NCBI GenBank assembly: GCA_964252075.1
Contig: CAXULY010000015.1
Coordinates: 1 to 64,000, forward strand
Length of the DNA: 64,000 nt
Source: an uncultured Deinococcaceae bacterium
GTDB taxonomy: Bacteria > Deinococcota > Deinococci > Deinococcales > Deinococcaceae
Direction: 5' to 3'
Shown: piece after piece, positions 9,974 to 20,028 of the stretch
Numbering within the stretch: position 1 is the first letter of the stretch
Layout of the letters: the number at the start of each line of letters is the position of its first letter
Position numbers and translations under genes: made by a program
Notes under the pieces: model-generated
Databases searched by the model: none
What the model was told of the DNA's origin: nothing
Seen by the model: the letters and a program-made list of their open reading frames with translations, nothing else

Positions 9974-11626
9974 ATGCAGGTGATGACCCGCCCCGCCCGC
10001 ACCCCCCTGCGCCGCCTCGCCGCCGAGCAGGGCGCGCGCCGCGCCCTGCTGACCGGCACGCTGCTGAGCGCCGCGCAGTTCGCGGCGACCCTGGGCGCGT
10101 GGCTGCTGCTGGCCCGACTGCTGAACGCCCTGGCGTTCGGCGGCGTGCGGGTGGGCACCCTGACGCCCGCGCTGCTCGGTCTGGCGGGCCTGCTGGCCCT
10201 CCGGGCGGTCCTGGCGGCGCTCAGGGAGGGCCTGCTGGGCGCCCTCGCCGCGCGCACCACCGCCCTCCTGCGGGCGCGCCTCACGGCCCGCCTGGAGCGC
10301 TTGGGGCCGCTGGCGCTCGCCGGGGAGCGCGGCGCGGAACTCGCCACCACCGCCCTGAGCGGCGTGGACCGCCTCACGCCGTACCTCGCGCGGAGCCTCC
10401 CGCAAGCCGCGCACGCGGGCGTGTTCGCGCTCGCGGGGCTGGCCGCGCTGCTCGTCCTCGACCCGCTGTCGGCCTTGATTGTGGCGCTCACGCTGCCGAC
10501 CTGCGTGCTGTTCCTGTGGCTGGTGGGCCTCGCCGCCGGGCAGGCGGCGGACGCGCAGTGGGCGCAGCTCACGCGGCTCGGCGCGCGCACCGTGGGCGCC
10601 CTGCGCGCGCTGCCCACCCTGCGCGCCTTCGGGCAGGCGGCGAACCACCGCCGCGCGCTCGCCCAGGAAGCCGAGGGGTACCGCGCCGCGACCCTGCGCG
10701 TGCTGCGCCTCGCGTTCCTGAACGGCTTCGTGCTGGACCTCGCCGCGACCCTCAGCGTCGCGCTGGTGGCCGTCACGGTCGGGGTGCGGCTGTTCGAGGC
10801 GCGCCTGCCCTTCGTGGAGGCGCTCGCGGTGCTGCTGCTCGTCCCGGAGGTCTTCGCGCCCCTGCGGCAGCTCGGCGCGGACCGCCACGCCAGCCTGGAA
10901 GCCGCGCCCGCCGCCGCCCGCCTGTACGCCCTGCTGGACACCCCGGAGGTGCCGTCCGGCGCGCGGGCCGCGCCCAACCGCGCGCCACACCTCTCGCTGC
11001 GCGACCTGCGCGTCACGCTGGGCGGCGCGGACGTGCTGGCCGGACTCTCGCTGGAGCTGCCGCCCGGTGCGCACGTGGCCATCACCGGACCGAGCGGCGC
11101 GGGTAAGACCACCCTGCTGCACGCCCTGCTCGGCTACGCGCCGCACGCGGGCGAGGTGCTGCTGAACGGCGTGGCGCTCGGCGCCCACGATCTCGCCGCC
11201 TGGCGCCGCGCGGCGCCGCTGGTCACGCAGCGCCCGCGCTTCCTGGCGGGCAGCGTGCGCGACAACCTGCGCGCCGTGACGGCCGCGGACGACGGGGCGC
11301 TGAGCGCCGCGCTCCTCAGCGTCGGCCTGACCGCGCCGCTCGACACCCGCATCGCGGAGGACGGGCACCCGCTCTCCGGCGGTGAGCGCGCGCGCCTCGC
11401 CCTGGCGCGCGCCCTGCTCGCGCCCGCCCCCGTGCTGCTGCTCGACGAGCCCACCGCGCACCTCGACCCGCGCGGCGAGGCCGAACTGCTCGCGCGCCTC
11501 GTGCGGCCCCTGCGCGGGCGCACCGTCGTGCTCGTCACGCACCGCGCGGTGCCGTCCGGCTTCACGCGCCTGGAGCTGCAAGACGGGCAGCTGACCGCGC
11601 CGGTCCTGGAGGGGGTGCCCGCGTGA
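9974..11626 (+). CDS. cydD: Thiol reductant/heme ABC exporter subunit CydD
   Basis: ABC TM domain (VLRLAFLNGFVLDL, LLLVPEVFAPLRQLG) plus GPSGAGKT, LSGGE, LLLDEPTAHLD; adjacent to cydC and cydAB. Confidence 0.88.
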   Translation: MQVMTRPARTPLRRLAAEQGARRALLTGTLLSAAQFAATLGAWLLLARLLNALAFGGVRVGTLTPALLGLAGLLALRAVLAALREGLLGALAARTTALLRARLTARLERLGPLALAGERGAELATTALSGVDRLTPYLARSLPQAAHAGVFALAGLAALLVLDPLSALIVALTLPTCVLFLWLVGLAAGQAADAQWAQLTRLGARTVGALRALPTLRAFGQAANHRRALAQEAEGYRAATLRVLRLAFLNGFVLDLAATLSVALVAVTVGVRLFEARLPFVEALAVLLLVPEVFAPLRQLGADRHASLEAAPAAARLYALLDTPEVPSGARAAPNRAPHLSLRDLRVTLGGADVLAGLSLELPPGAHVAITGPSGAGKTTLLHALLGYAPHAGEVLLNGVALGAHDLAAWRRAAPLVTQRPRFLAGSVRDNLRAVTAADDGALSAALLSVGLTAPLDTRIAEDGHPLSGGERARLALARALLAPAPVLLLDEPTAHLDPRGEAELLARLVRPLRGRTVVLVTHRAVPSGFTRLELQDGQLTAPVLEGVPA

Positions 11627-13218
11627 CGCTCGCTCTGCGGCTCCTGCGCGGTGGGCGCCTCACGCTGCTGGGGGCGGCCGCGCTGTCCGCGCTGGCGCTG
11701 CTCTTCGGGGTGGGCCTGAACGCCACCGGAGGCGCGCTCCTCACGCGCGCCGCGCAGCACCCCCCCACCCTCCTCACCCTGACCTTCCTCATCACCGGCG
11801 TGCGCGCCTTCGGGGTGGGTCGCGCGGGCCTGCGCTACGCCGAGCGCCTCGTGTCGCACGCGCTGAGCCTGCGCCTCCTCGCCCGCACCCGCGTGGCCCT
11901 GTACGCCCGCCTGCTCCCGCTGGGCCGTGAACTGCTGGTGCGCGAGCGGGCCGGCACGCTGCTGGCCGCCGCGGGGCCGGATGTGGACACCCTGCAGGAC
12001 GCGTACCTGCGCGTGCTGTCGCCCGCCCTCGCCTTCGCGCTGCTGGTGCTGGTCACCTGCGGGTTCCTGACGCTGCTGAGCCCGGCGCTCGCCGTGATCG
12101 CGCTGGCCCTGCTGCTGCTCGCGGGCGCCGCGCCCCTCGTCCTCGCGCGCACGCACGCACGCCTCGTCGCCCGGCGGGACGCGGCGCGCACCACCCTCAC
12201 ATCCGAGCTGCTGGAGGGCCTCGCCGCCCGCGCGGACCTGGGACACGCCGACGCGCGCGCCACGCTGACCCGCCACGCGGACGACCTGGCCGCCACGGAC
12301 GCGCGGTTCGCCACCCTGACCGCCGCCGCGACCCTGATCCGCGAGCTGTGCGCGGGCGCCGCCCTGCTCGCCGCACTGCTCCTGCTGCCTGGCAGCGTGT
12401 CCGCCCCGCTGCTGGTGGCCGCCGCCCTGAGCGCCGTCACGGCCTTCGAGGGCGCCGCCCCACTCGCGGCGCTGCCCGCCGCCCTCGCCGGGGTGCGCGC
12501 GGCCGCACACCGGCTGGACGCGCTGCTGGCCCTGACGCCCGACGTGAAGGCCCCCGCCCGCCCCCAGCCGCTCCCCTCCGACGCCCACCACGACCTCACG
12601 GACGTGCGCGTGGAACTGGGCGGGCGCGCGGTCCTGAACGGCCTGAACCTGAGCGTCCCGGCGGGCGCGAGCGTCGCCCTGATCGGCGAGAGCGGCGCCG
12701 GCAAGACCACCCTGCTGCGCCTCCTCACGCGCGACCTCGACCCGCAGGGCGGCCGCGTGACGCGCGGCGGCCAGCCCCTCCCCAACCTCGACCCCGGCGC
12801 GCTGCTGCAGCGCGTGGCGGTGCTCGACCAGGACGCGCCCCTGCTCGACGCGAGCGTGCGCGACAACCTGCGCCTCGGCAACCCGGACGCCCCCGAAGGT
12901 CGCCTGCGCGACCTGCTGGACCGCCTGGGCCTGCACGCCCTGCACCTCGACGACTGGGTGGGGGAGGGCGGCGCGCGCCTCTCCGGCGGGCAGCGGCAAC
13001 GCCTCGCCCTCGCGCGCACCCTCCTGAAACCCAGCGACACCCTGATCCTCGACGAACCCACCGCGCAACTCGACCCGGAAAGCGAGGCCCGCGCCCTGCG
13101 CGTCATTCAGGAGGAACGCGCGCACCGCACGCTGATCCTCGCCACGCACCGCGCCCCACCCCTCGCGCTCGCGCAGCGAACGTACCGCCTGCACGCCGGA
13201 AAGCTGGAGGACGCCTGA
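11623..13218 (+). CDS. cydC: Thiol reductant/heme ABC exporter subunit CydC
   Basis: [20 protein letters not shown] signature; [20 protein letters not shown] overlap with cydD. Confidence 0.92.
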   Translation: MTLALRLLRGGRLTLLGAAALSALALLFGVGLNATGGALLTRAAQHPPTLLTLTFLITGVRAFGVGRAGLRYAERLVSHALSLRLLARTRVALYARLLPLGRELLVRERAGTLLAAAGPDVDTLQDAYLRVLSPALAFALLVLVTCGFLTLLSPALAVIALALLLLAGAAPLVLARTHARLVARRDAARTTLTSELLEGLAARADLGHADARATLTRHADDLAATDARFATLTAAATLIRELCAGAALLAALLLLPGSVSAPLLVAAALSAVTAFEGAAPLAALPAALAGVRAAAHRLDALLALTPDVKAPARPQPLPSDAHHDLTDVRVELGGRAVLNGLNLSVPAGASVALIGESGAGKTTLLRLLTRDLDPQGGRVTRGGQPLPNLDPGALLQRVAVLDQDAPLLDASVRDNLRLGNPDAPEGRLRDLLDRLGLHALHLDDWVGEGGARLSGGQRQRLALARTLLKPSDTLILDEPTAQLDPESEARALRVIQEERAHRTLILATHRAPPLALAQRTYRLHAGKLEDA

Positions 13219-13273
13219 CCCGCCCCGACCCGCCAGCCGCACGCCCCTTCGCCCCGCCGTCAAAGGAGCCTCA

Positions 13274-14710
13274 ATGGACGCCCTCGCCCTCTCGCGCTTT
13301 CAGTTCGCCACGACCAGCATCTTCCACTTCTTCTTCGTGTCCTTCACGGTGGGCCTCGCCATCGCCATCGCGGTGTTCCAGACGCTCGCGTACCTGAACC
13401 GCAACCAGAGCGGGCAGTCCTACGACGACCTCACGAAGTTCTTCGGGCACATGTTCCTGATCAACTTCGCGGTGGGCGTCGTGACGGGCATCGTGCAGGA
13501 ATTCCAGTTCGGCATGAACTGGTCGCGCTTCGCGGACTTCGTGGGGAACATCTTTGGGGTGCCGCTCGCGCTGGAAGTCCTGATGGCCTTCTTCCTGGAG
13601 AGCACCTTCCTGGGCCTGTGGTGGTTCGGGCGGGACCGCCTGCCGAAATGGGCGAACCTCGGGTCCATCTGGCTCGTCGCGATCGGCAGCACCATCAGCG
13701 CGTACTGGATCATCATCGCGAACGCCTGGATGCAGCACCCCGTCGGCTTCCAGATCGTGAACGGGCAGGCGCACCTCACGAGCTTCGCGGCGGTCGCACT
13801 GAACCCCAAGGGCCTCTCGTGGTTCTGGCACATCTGGTTCGGCGGCCTCACCGTCGCGGCCTTCTTCGTGCTCGCCGTGAGCGCCTACCACCTGCGCCGC
13901 GCCACCGCGCGCGGCGACGCCGCCTTGCAGGCCACCTTCTCCCGCTCCAGCAAGGTTGCGCTCATCATCGCCACCATCGGCGCCTTCGGCGTGGCGGGCG
14001 TTGGGCACCTGCAGGGCCAGAGCAGCCGCATTGACCAGCCCATGAAGTTCGCCGCGTACGAGGCCATCTGGGAAACCACGCACGGCAGCACCGGCGAATC
14101 CCTCCTCGCGCTGCCCAGCAACGTGCAGGGCCGCAACCTCTTCAACATCGAAGTGCCCTACGTGGGCAGCCTCCTCGCGTACAACTCCTTCACGGGCGGC
14201 GTGAAAGGCATCAACGACCTCCAGAAGGAATACGAGGCGCGCTTCGGGCCGGGCGACTACATCCCGCCCGTGTGGGCCGTGTACTGGAGTTTTCGCGTGA
14301 TGGTCGGCTGCGGCCTCCTCATGATCGCCGCCGCCCTGTGGGGCCTGTGGCGCTGGCGGAGGGGCAAACTCGAACACCCCGGGCGCTTCGGGACCTTCCT
14401 GCTCATCATGCCGATCATCCCGCACATCGCGAACTTCACGGGCTTCATGACCACCGAGATGGGCCGCCAGCCGTGGATCGTGCAGGACCACCTCACCACC
14501 GTGAACGCCGTCAGCAACCTCTCCGCGGGCACCGTGCTGGTCAGCCTCGTCGCCTTCTGGCTGGTGTACCTCACCCTGATCGGCCTTGACGTGTTCCTGC
14601 TCACGCGCGTCGCCGTGGCGGGCCTGCACCAGCCGAGCGTCGAAGCGCAGGGCCTCCCCGCGCCCGACTACAGCCTGCCCGGCGCGGGCGCCCATCGGGG
14701 AGCGGACTGA
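13274..14710 (+). CDS. cydA: Cytochrome bd ubiquinol oxidase subunit I
   Basis: [66 protein letters not shown]. Confidence 0.97.
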   Translation: MDALALSRFQFATTSIFHFFFVSFTVGLAIAIAVFQTLAYLNRNQSGQSYDDLTKFFGHMFLINFAVGVVTGIVQEFQFGMNWSRFADFVGNIFGVPLALEVLMAFFLESTFLGLWWFGRDRLPKWANLGSIWLVAIGSTISAYWIIIANAWMQHPVGFQIVNGQAHLTSFAAVALNPKGLSWFWHIWFGGLTVAAFFVLAVSAYHLRRATARGDAALQATFSRSSKVALIIATIGAFGVAGVGHLQGQSSRIDQPMKFAAYEAIWETTHGSTGESLLALPSNVQGRNLFNIEVPYVGSLLAYNSFTGGVKGINDLQKEYEARFGPGDYIPPVWAVYWSFRVMVGCGLLMIAAALWGLWRWRRGKLEHPGRFGTFLLIMPIIPHIANFTGFMTTEMGRQPWIVQDHLTTVNAVSNLSAGTVLVSLVAFWLVYLTLIGLDVFLLTRVAVAGLHQPSVEAQGLPAPDYSLPGAGAHRGAD

Positions 14711-15741
14711 TGTTCGACTACGCCACCCTCTGGTTCTGCGTCGTCGTCGCGATCTTCGGCATCTACTTCTTCCTGGAGGGCTTCGACTTCGGCGTGGACC
14801 TGCTGCGGCCCTTCATCGCGAAGAACGAACGCGAGCGCAAGGCCATGATCGGTACCATCGGCCCCTTCTGGGACGGCAACGAGGTGTGGGTGATCCTCGC
14901 CGCCACCGTCATCTTCGCGACCTTCCCATTGTGGTTCGGCGCGATGTTCACCGCCATGTACCCCATCTTCGCGCTCATCCTGCTGGCCCTGCTGGGGCGC
15001 GGCGTGGCCTTCGAATTCCGGCACCAGGTGAACAACCCCGCGTGGCGCGTCTTCTGGGACTTCACGAGCTTCGTCGGCGCGCTCATCCCCGCGTTCCTGT
15101 GGGGCGTCGTCATGGCGAACCTCGTGCGCGGCCTCCCCATCAGCGCCGGCGGGCGCTACCAAGGCGGCGTCCTCGACTTCTTCAACGGCTTCGCGCTCCT
15201 CGGCGGGCTCGCCACGCTCCTGCTGTTCATCCTGCACGGCGCGACCTTCCTGCTGCTGCGCCTCGACCGCGCCGACGCCCTCCACGCCCGCGCGCGCGCG
15301 GCCGCCTTCACGTGGGGCGCCCTCGCCACCATCGCCACCCTCACCTTCGTGTACATCGGGTACATCCGCGAAAACCTCTTCAGGAACTTCGGCCTCGCCG
15401 ACTGGGTGCTCCCCAGCCTCGCCGCGCTCACCCTCATCAGCATCTGGGTGGCGCTCACCCTGCGCCGCGAAGGCCTGAGCTTCATCATGAGCGGCCTCAC
15501 CATCGCGTTCTCCGCGATCACGGTCTTCATCGGCCTGTACCCGCGCGTGCTCCCCAGCACCCTCGGCGCGAACTACGACCTCACCATCCGCAACGCCGCC
15601 AGCCAGCCCTACACGCTGCAACTCATGCTGTGGGTCGGCCTGATCTTCCTCCCCCTCATCATCGGGTACCAGGTGTGGAACTACTACGTGTTCCGCCGCC
15701 GCGTGCGCGTCGACGAAGGCGAACTCGAAAAGGGCTACTAG
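14710..15741 (+). CDS. cydB: Cytochrome bd ubiquinol oxidase subunit II
   Basis: [32 protein letters not shown] overlap with cydA. Confidence 0.97.
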   Translation: MFDYATLWFCVVVAIFGIYFFLEGFDFGVDLLRPFIAKNERERKAMIGTIGPFWDGNEVWVILAATVIFATFPLWFGAMFTAMYPIFALILLALLGRGVAFEFRHQVNNPAWRVFWDFTSFVGALIPAFLWGVVMANLVRGLPISAGGRYQGGVLDFFNGFALLGGLATLLLFILHGATFLLLRLDRADALHARARAAAFTWGALATIATLTFVYIGYIRENLFRNFGLADWVLPSLAALTLISIWVALTLRREGLSFIMSGLTIAFSAITVFIGLYPRVLPSTLGANYDLTIRNAASQPYTLQLMLWVGLIFLPLIIGYQVWNYYVFRRRVRVDEGELEKGY

Positions 15742-16046
15742 CGCTCCTCCGCCAGCGGCGCGCCGTCAGGCCGCTCCGTGAGGTGGTGCGCCTCCGCGAG
15801 GGACTGCCCCACGCTGTGCGCAAACCACACGCGCATGGCCGCCTTCGCGTCCGCCACGTCCCGCTCCCCACGCTCCACCTCATCCAGCAGCGGCATGAGT
15901 GGCCCGATGGTCTGCAGGAACTGCGCCAGCTGCACCTCCATGAACGCACTCATGTTGAGGTCCATCGCGGTGAACACCCGCCGGGTCTGCCGATAAATGT
16001 CCGGGTCGATGGTGAGGTTGAGCCGCGCCTTCGTCGTCTTGCCCAT
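15738..16046 (-). CDS. Small ribbon-helix-helix-like DNA-binding protein
   Basis: [25 protein letters not shown]...NMSAFME fits the RHH beta-strand/helix/helix pattern; TATGCT 6 nt before ATG 16046. Confidence 0.65.
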   Translation of the reverse strand: MGKTTKARLNLTIDPDIYRQTRRVFTAMDLNMSAFMEVQLAQFLQTIGPLMPLLDEVERGERDVADAKAAMRVWFAHSVGQSLAEAHHLTERPDGAPLAEER

Positions 16047-16054
16047 GGGAAGAG

Positions 16055-16071
16055 CATACAGATGCTGTATG
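16055..16071. promoter_or_regulatory. Inverted repeat CATACAG-N3-CTGTATG overlapping the -10 of the RHH gene (candidate operator)
   Basis: Perfect 7-bp inverted repeat, AT-rich for this window. Confidence 0.6.
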
Positions 16072-16174
16072 TATACTTCAAGCGCCCACGGGCCTGGGTG
16101 CGGTGGCCGCAACGCACAACCCGTCTTTAACCAGACCCCATCCCCCCACTGCATCCGTCCCAGAGGCTAAACGC

Positions 16175-16597
16175 ATGCCCAACGTCAAAGACCTCATGAC
16201 CACCGGACTCGTCACCACCGACCCCGACGCCACCCTCAAAGAAGTCGCGGAACTCATGCTCGAAAACGACATCGGCGTCGTCCTCATCATGGAAGACCAG
16301 CGCCTGCGCGGCCTCATCACCGACCGCGACATCGTCGTGCGCGCCGTCGCCTTCGGACACGACTACGGCACCCCCGTCCGCGACTACCTCACAGAGGCCC
16401 CTGAAACCATCGACGGCGACACCGAAGCGCGCGAAGCGGCCGACACCATGGCCCGCCTCCAGGTGCGCCGCCTCCCCGTCACCGCCAACGGCAAGGTCGT
16501 GGGCATCCTGAGCCTCGGGGACCTCGCCGTAAAGGGCATGGTGGAGGCGAGTGAGGAGGCGCTGGAGGGGGTCAGTCAGACGACCGAAATTCTGTAA
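16175..16597 (+). CDS. CBS domain pair protein
   Basis: VKDLMT, GLITDRDIVVR, QVRRLPV, VGILSLGDL. Confidence 0.92.
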   Translation: MPNVKDLMTTGLVTTDPDATLKEVAELMLENDIGVVLIMEDQRLRGLITDRDIVVRAVAFGHDYGTPVRDYLTEAPETIDGDTEAREAADTMARLQVRRLPVTANGKVVGILSLGDLAVKGMVEASEEALEGVSQTTEIL

Positions 16598-16640
16598 GGC
16601 GGGCTTGGGGGGCTTTGGCCGGGCCTCATGGTGCGGTTTG

Positions 16641-16687
16641 CCCCCACCCCCCAGCCCCCCTGCCCCCTCTGGGGGCAGGGGGGAGCC
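16641..16687. repeat. REP-like palindromic element
   Basis: CCCCCACCCCCCAG followed by a perfect 13-bp stem CCCCCCTGCCCCC-TCT-GGGGGCAGGGGGG in a 300-bp convergent intergenic gap. Confidence 0.5.
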
Positions 16688-16899
16688 ACGCTGCGCTGAG
16701 CATGGATGGCCGGAGAGTCGGCTGGGTTGCTCCTTGGTTTCCAGCGCCGACCCTGGTCGCTTGGCGCTTCGCTATAGGGCAATGGTCGCCGGGTATTTGT
16801 TGGCACGTTCTCTTGGTGTCGGCCCTCGCGCGGTTGGGGCAGGGTGCAAAGGGAAGGGGAGGCGCTGTTGCGCCTCCCCAGTGCCGTCCTCTTGCCCCC

Positions 16900-18540
16900 T
16901 TAGACCTGGAAGACGCCGACTTTCAGCTCGTCCTGTCTGGGGTTCTGGGCGCAGGCTTCGAGGGCGCGGATGAGGCGGTCGCGCGTCCCCTCGGGCTCAA
17001 TGATCTCGTCCACCCAGAGGCGCGCGGCGGCGTAGCGCGGGTCGAGTTCACTGTCGTACTTGGCCTTCACGGTGTCGTACAGGGCCTGCAGTTCCTCGTC
17101 ATCCGGTTCGTGCCCGGCGCGCTTCAGGGCCTGCACCTGAATGTCGAGGAGGGTCTTGGCGGCGGCGTTGCCGCTCATGACCGCGTACTTCGCGCTGGGC
17201 CACGCGAAGATGAAGCGCGGCGCGTACGCCTTGCCGTTCATGGCGTAGTTGCCCGCGCCGAAACTGCCGCCCGTGATGACCGTGAGGCGCGGCACGACGC
17301 TGTTGCTCACGGCGTTCACGAGTTTCGCGCCGCGCCGGATGATGCCTTCCTGCTCGCTGTCGCGTCCCACCATGAAGCCCGTCACGTCCGACAGGAACAC
17401 CAGCGGCACACCCGCCTGGTTCGCCTCCAGGATGAAGCGCGCGGCCTTGTCGGCGCTGTCCCCGTAGATCACGCCGCCCACCTCGATGCGGCTGGTGAGG
17501 CCGGGCTCGCCGCCGCTCTTGAGTTTCTTCTTGATGACGGTGCGCTGGTTCGCCACGAAGCCCACGGGGTACCCGCCGAGGCGCGCGAAGCCGCACACCA
17601 GGGTTTCGCCGTACTCCGCCTTGAACTCCTGGAAGCTCCCGGCGTCCGCGAGGCCCGCAATGAGGCGCCGCACGTCGTAGGGGCGGCTGCCGTCCACACT
17701 CACGAGTTCCGTGAGGTCGGCGGCTTCCGGCGGGGTGGCTTCCGCGCGCTTGCGCGCCCAGGGCGCCACGTCCCCTTGCGCGTAGAGGCCCGCGAGGTTG
17801 CGCAGGCGCGCGAGGGCCGCGTCGTCGTCGGGTTCCTTGTAGTCCACGGTGCCCGCGATGCTGGCGTGCATGCCCGCGCCGCCCAGGTCCTCGCTGCTGA
17901 CCGTCTGCCCGATGGCGGCCTTCACGAGCGCGGGGCCCGCGAGGTACAGGCCGGAGCCTTCCGTCATGACGAGCGTGTCGCACATGACGGGCAGGTACGC
18001 GCCGCCCGCCACGCAGTTCCCCATGATGGCCGCCATCTGCGGGATGCCCGCCGCGCTCATGCGGGCGTTGAGGTAGAACACCCGCCCGAAGTCGTCCTGG
18101 TCGGGGAAGATCTCGTCCTGCATGGGGAGGTACACGCCCGCGGAGTCCACGAGGTAGATGGTGGGCAGGCGGTTCTCGAAGGCGATGGTCTGCGCGCGGA
18201 TGACCTTCTTCGCGGTGATGGGGAAGAAGGCGCCGGCCTTCACGGTGGCGTCGTTCGCGACGATCATCCAGGGCCGCCCCGCGACGGTGCCGATGCCCGC
18301 GACGGTGCCGCCGGAGGGGCAGCCGCCCGCCTCGGGGTACATCTCCCAGCCCGCGAAGGTCATGAGTTCGTCGAAGGCGCTGCCGGGGTCCACGAGTTTC
18401 GCGATGCGTTCGCGGGCGGTCAGTCGGCCCTTGTCGTGCTGGCGCTGCGCGGCTTTGGCGCCGCCGCCCTCGCGCACGCGGGCGAGGTCCCCCTGAAGTC
18501 GGTTGAGCGCCTGGGTCCAGGCCCCCTCAGTCTGCGTCAT
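16900..18540 (-). CDS. Acyl-CoA carboxylase beta subunit (3-methylcrotonyl-CoA carboxylase-like)
   Basis: GRLTARERI, ANDATVKAGA, LVDSAGVYLP, GNCVAGGAY, GGSFGAGNYAM, YAAARLWVD. Confidence 0.93.
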   Translation of the reverse strand: MTQTEGAWTQALNRLQGDLARVREGGGAKAAQRQHDKGRLTARERIAKLVDPGSAFDELMTFAGWEMYPEAGGCPSGGTVAGIGTVAGRPWMIVANDATVKAGAFFPITAKKVIRAQTIAFENRLPTIYLVDSAGVYLPMQDEIFPDQDDFGRVFYLNARMSAAGIPQMAAIMGNCVAGGAYLPVMCDTLVMTEGSGLYLAGPALVKAAIGQTVSSEDLGGAGMHASIAGTVDYKEPDDDAALARLRNLAGLYAQGDVAPWARKRAEATPPEAADLTELVSVDGSRPYDVRRLIAGLADAGSFQEFKAEYGETLVCGFARLGGYPVGFVANQRTVIKKKLKSGGEPGLTSRIEVGGVIYGDSADKAARFILEANQAGVPLVFLSDVTGFMVGRDSEQEGIIRRGAKLVNAVSNSVVPRLTVITGGSFGAGNYAMNGKAYAPRFIFAWPSAKYAVMSGNAAAKTLLDIQVQALKRAGHEPDDEELQALYDTVKAKYDSELDPRYAAARLWVDEIIEPEGTRDRLIRALEACAQNPRQDELKVGVFQV

Positions 18541-18563
18541 GCGCCGAGTGTATCAAGGCAGGC

Positions 18564-19055
18564 TTACGGACGTTTGTTTGCTCCGTCATCGCGCAGGGCG
18601 CGCCAGCGGGCCAGCAGGGTCGGCAATTCCGCGCGCATGAAGGCGAAGAACTCCTGGGTGTCGCGCAGGCGCTGCCCGGCGGGGGTGTCGTGGCCCAGCA
18701 CGTCGACGCCCTGCGCGAACTCCTCCTCCCAGCGGCCCAGCAGGCTGTCGCGGTGCGCGATGGCCTCGTACCACAGGTCGCTCTCCAGGCGGTAGTGGTC
18801 GGCGCGGCGGCCCGGTTCGCGCTCGCGCACCACGAGTCCCACCTGCGTGAGGTACTGCACGGCGCCCGAGATGGCGGCCGGGCTGACCCGCAGCACCTCG
18901 GCGAGTTCCGCGGCGGTGAGGCGCCCGCTGTCGGCGGTCAGCAGGCCCACGAACACCCGGGCGGGCATGCGCGGGATGCCGGAGTCGGTGAGCACCAGGG
19001 TGAGGCGTTCCACGTAGTGGGCGAGGGCGTCGGGGTCGCGGCGCGGTGGGGTCAC
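18564..19055 (-). CDS. GbsR/MarR family transcriptional regulator
   Basis: GIPRMPARVF, LTAAELAEVLRVSPAAISGAVQYL HTH; divergent from the ABC exporter genes. Confidence 0.9.
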   Translation of the reverse strand: MTPPRRDPDALAHYVERLTLVLTDSGIPRMPARVFVGLLTADSGRLTAAELAEVLRVSPAAISGAVQYLTQVGLVVREREPGRRADHYRLESDLWYEAIAHRDSLLGRWEEEFAQGVDVLGHDTPAGQRLRDTQEFFAFMRAELPTLLARWRALRDDGANKRP

Positions 19056-19084
19056 ACTGCTGACGATAGCGTGCCTTCGGAGTA

Positions 19085-19100
19085 TTCACAAAATTGTGAA
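19085..19100. promoter_or_regulatory. Candidate operator TTCACAA-N2-TTGTGAA between divergent promoters
   Basis: Perfect 7-bp inverted repeat between -10 boxes TATCGT (minus strand) and TAGGTT (plus strand). Confidence 0.7.
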
Positions 19101-19119
19101 AAAGGTGTAGGTTCAGGGC

Positions 19120-20028
19120 ATGTCAGAGGTCATTGCGGTGGAGGAACTGCACAAGCGCTTCGGGCGGACGCAGGCACTGAATGGGCTGAACCTCACCGTG
19201 CGCGCGGGCGAGGTGCACGGCTTCCTCGGCCCGAACGGCGCGGGCAAGACCACCACCCTGCGCGTCCTGCTGGGCCTCGTGCGCGCCGACCGTGGCAACG
19301 CGCGCCTGTGGGGCCAGGACCCCTGGCGGGACACCGTGGCCCTGCACCGCCGCCTCGCCTACGTGCCCGGCGACGTGACCCTCTGGCCGAACCTCACGGG
19401 CGGCGAGGCCATCGACCTGCTCGGGCGCCTGCGCGGCGGCCTGAACCGCACCCGCGTGAACGACCTGCTCGCGCGCTTCGACCTCGACCCGCGCAAGTAC
19501 GGGCGCTCGTACTCCAAGGGGAACCGCCAGAAGGTCGCGCTGGTCGCCGCCTTCGCCTCCGACGCCGAACTGCTGATCCTCGACGAGCCCACCAGCGGCC
19601 TCGACCCTCTCATGGAGGCGGTGTTCCGCGACCTCGTGCTGGAGGAACGCCAGCGAGGCCGCACGGTGCTGCTGTCCAGCCACATCCTCGCGGAGGTGGA
19701 GGCTCTGTGCGACCGCGTGAGCATCGTCCGCGCGGGCCGCACCGTGGAGTCCGGCACCCTGGCGGACCTGCGCCACCTGACCCGCACGGCCGTCACGGCG
19801 GAGGTGGGTGCGCCCCCCGTGGGCCTGGAGCGTCTGCCCGGCGTGACGGGCGTGCAGGTGGAGGCAGGACGCGTGCGCTTCGAGGTGACGCCCGACGGCC
19901 TGCCCGGCGCGCTCGCGCTGCTCGCGGGGAGCGGTGTGCGGAGCCTCACCAGCCAGCCCCCCACCCTGGAAGAACTGTTCCTGCGCCACTACCAGGGGGC
20001 ACCCGCCCGTGAGGCGGTGGCGCAGTGA
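19120..20028 (+). CDS. ABC-2 exporter ATP-binding protein (TnrB-like)
   Basis: [33 protein letters not shown]. Confidence 0.92.
   Translation: MSEVIAVEELHKRFGRTQALNGLNLTVRAGEVHGFLGPNGAGKTTTLRVLLGLVRADRGNARLWGQDPWRDTVALHRRLAYVPGDVTLWPNLTGGEAIDLLGRLRGGLNRTRVNDLLARFDLDPRKYGRSYSKGNRQKVALVAAFASDAELLILDEPTSGLDPLMEAVFRDLVLEERQRGRTVLLSSHILAEVEALCDRVSIVRAGRTVESGTLADLRHLTRTAVTAEVGAPPVGLERLPGVTGVQVEAGRVRFEVTPDGLPGALALLAGSGVRSLTSQPPTLEELFLRHYQGAPAREAVAQ

Noticed and set aside
16065..16080. LexA/SOS box-like CTGTATGTATAC
   Set aside because: It lacks the closing CAG at the CTG-N10-CAG spacing and is better explained by the local inverted repeat.
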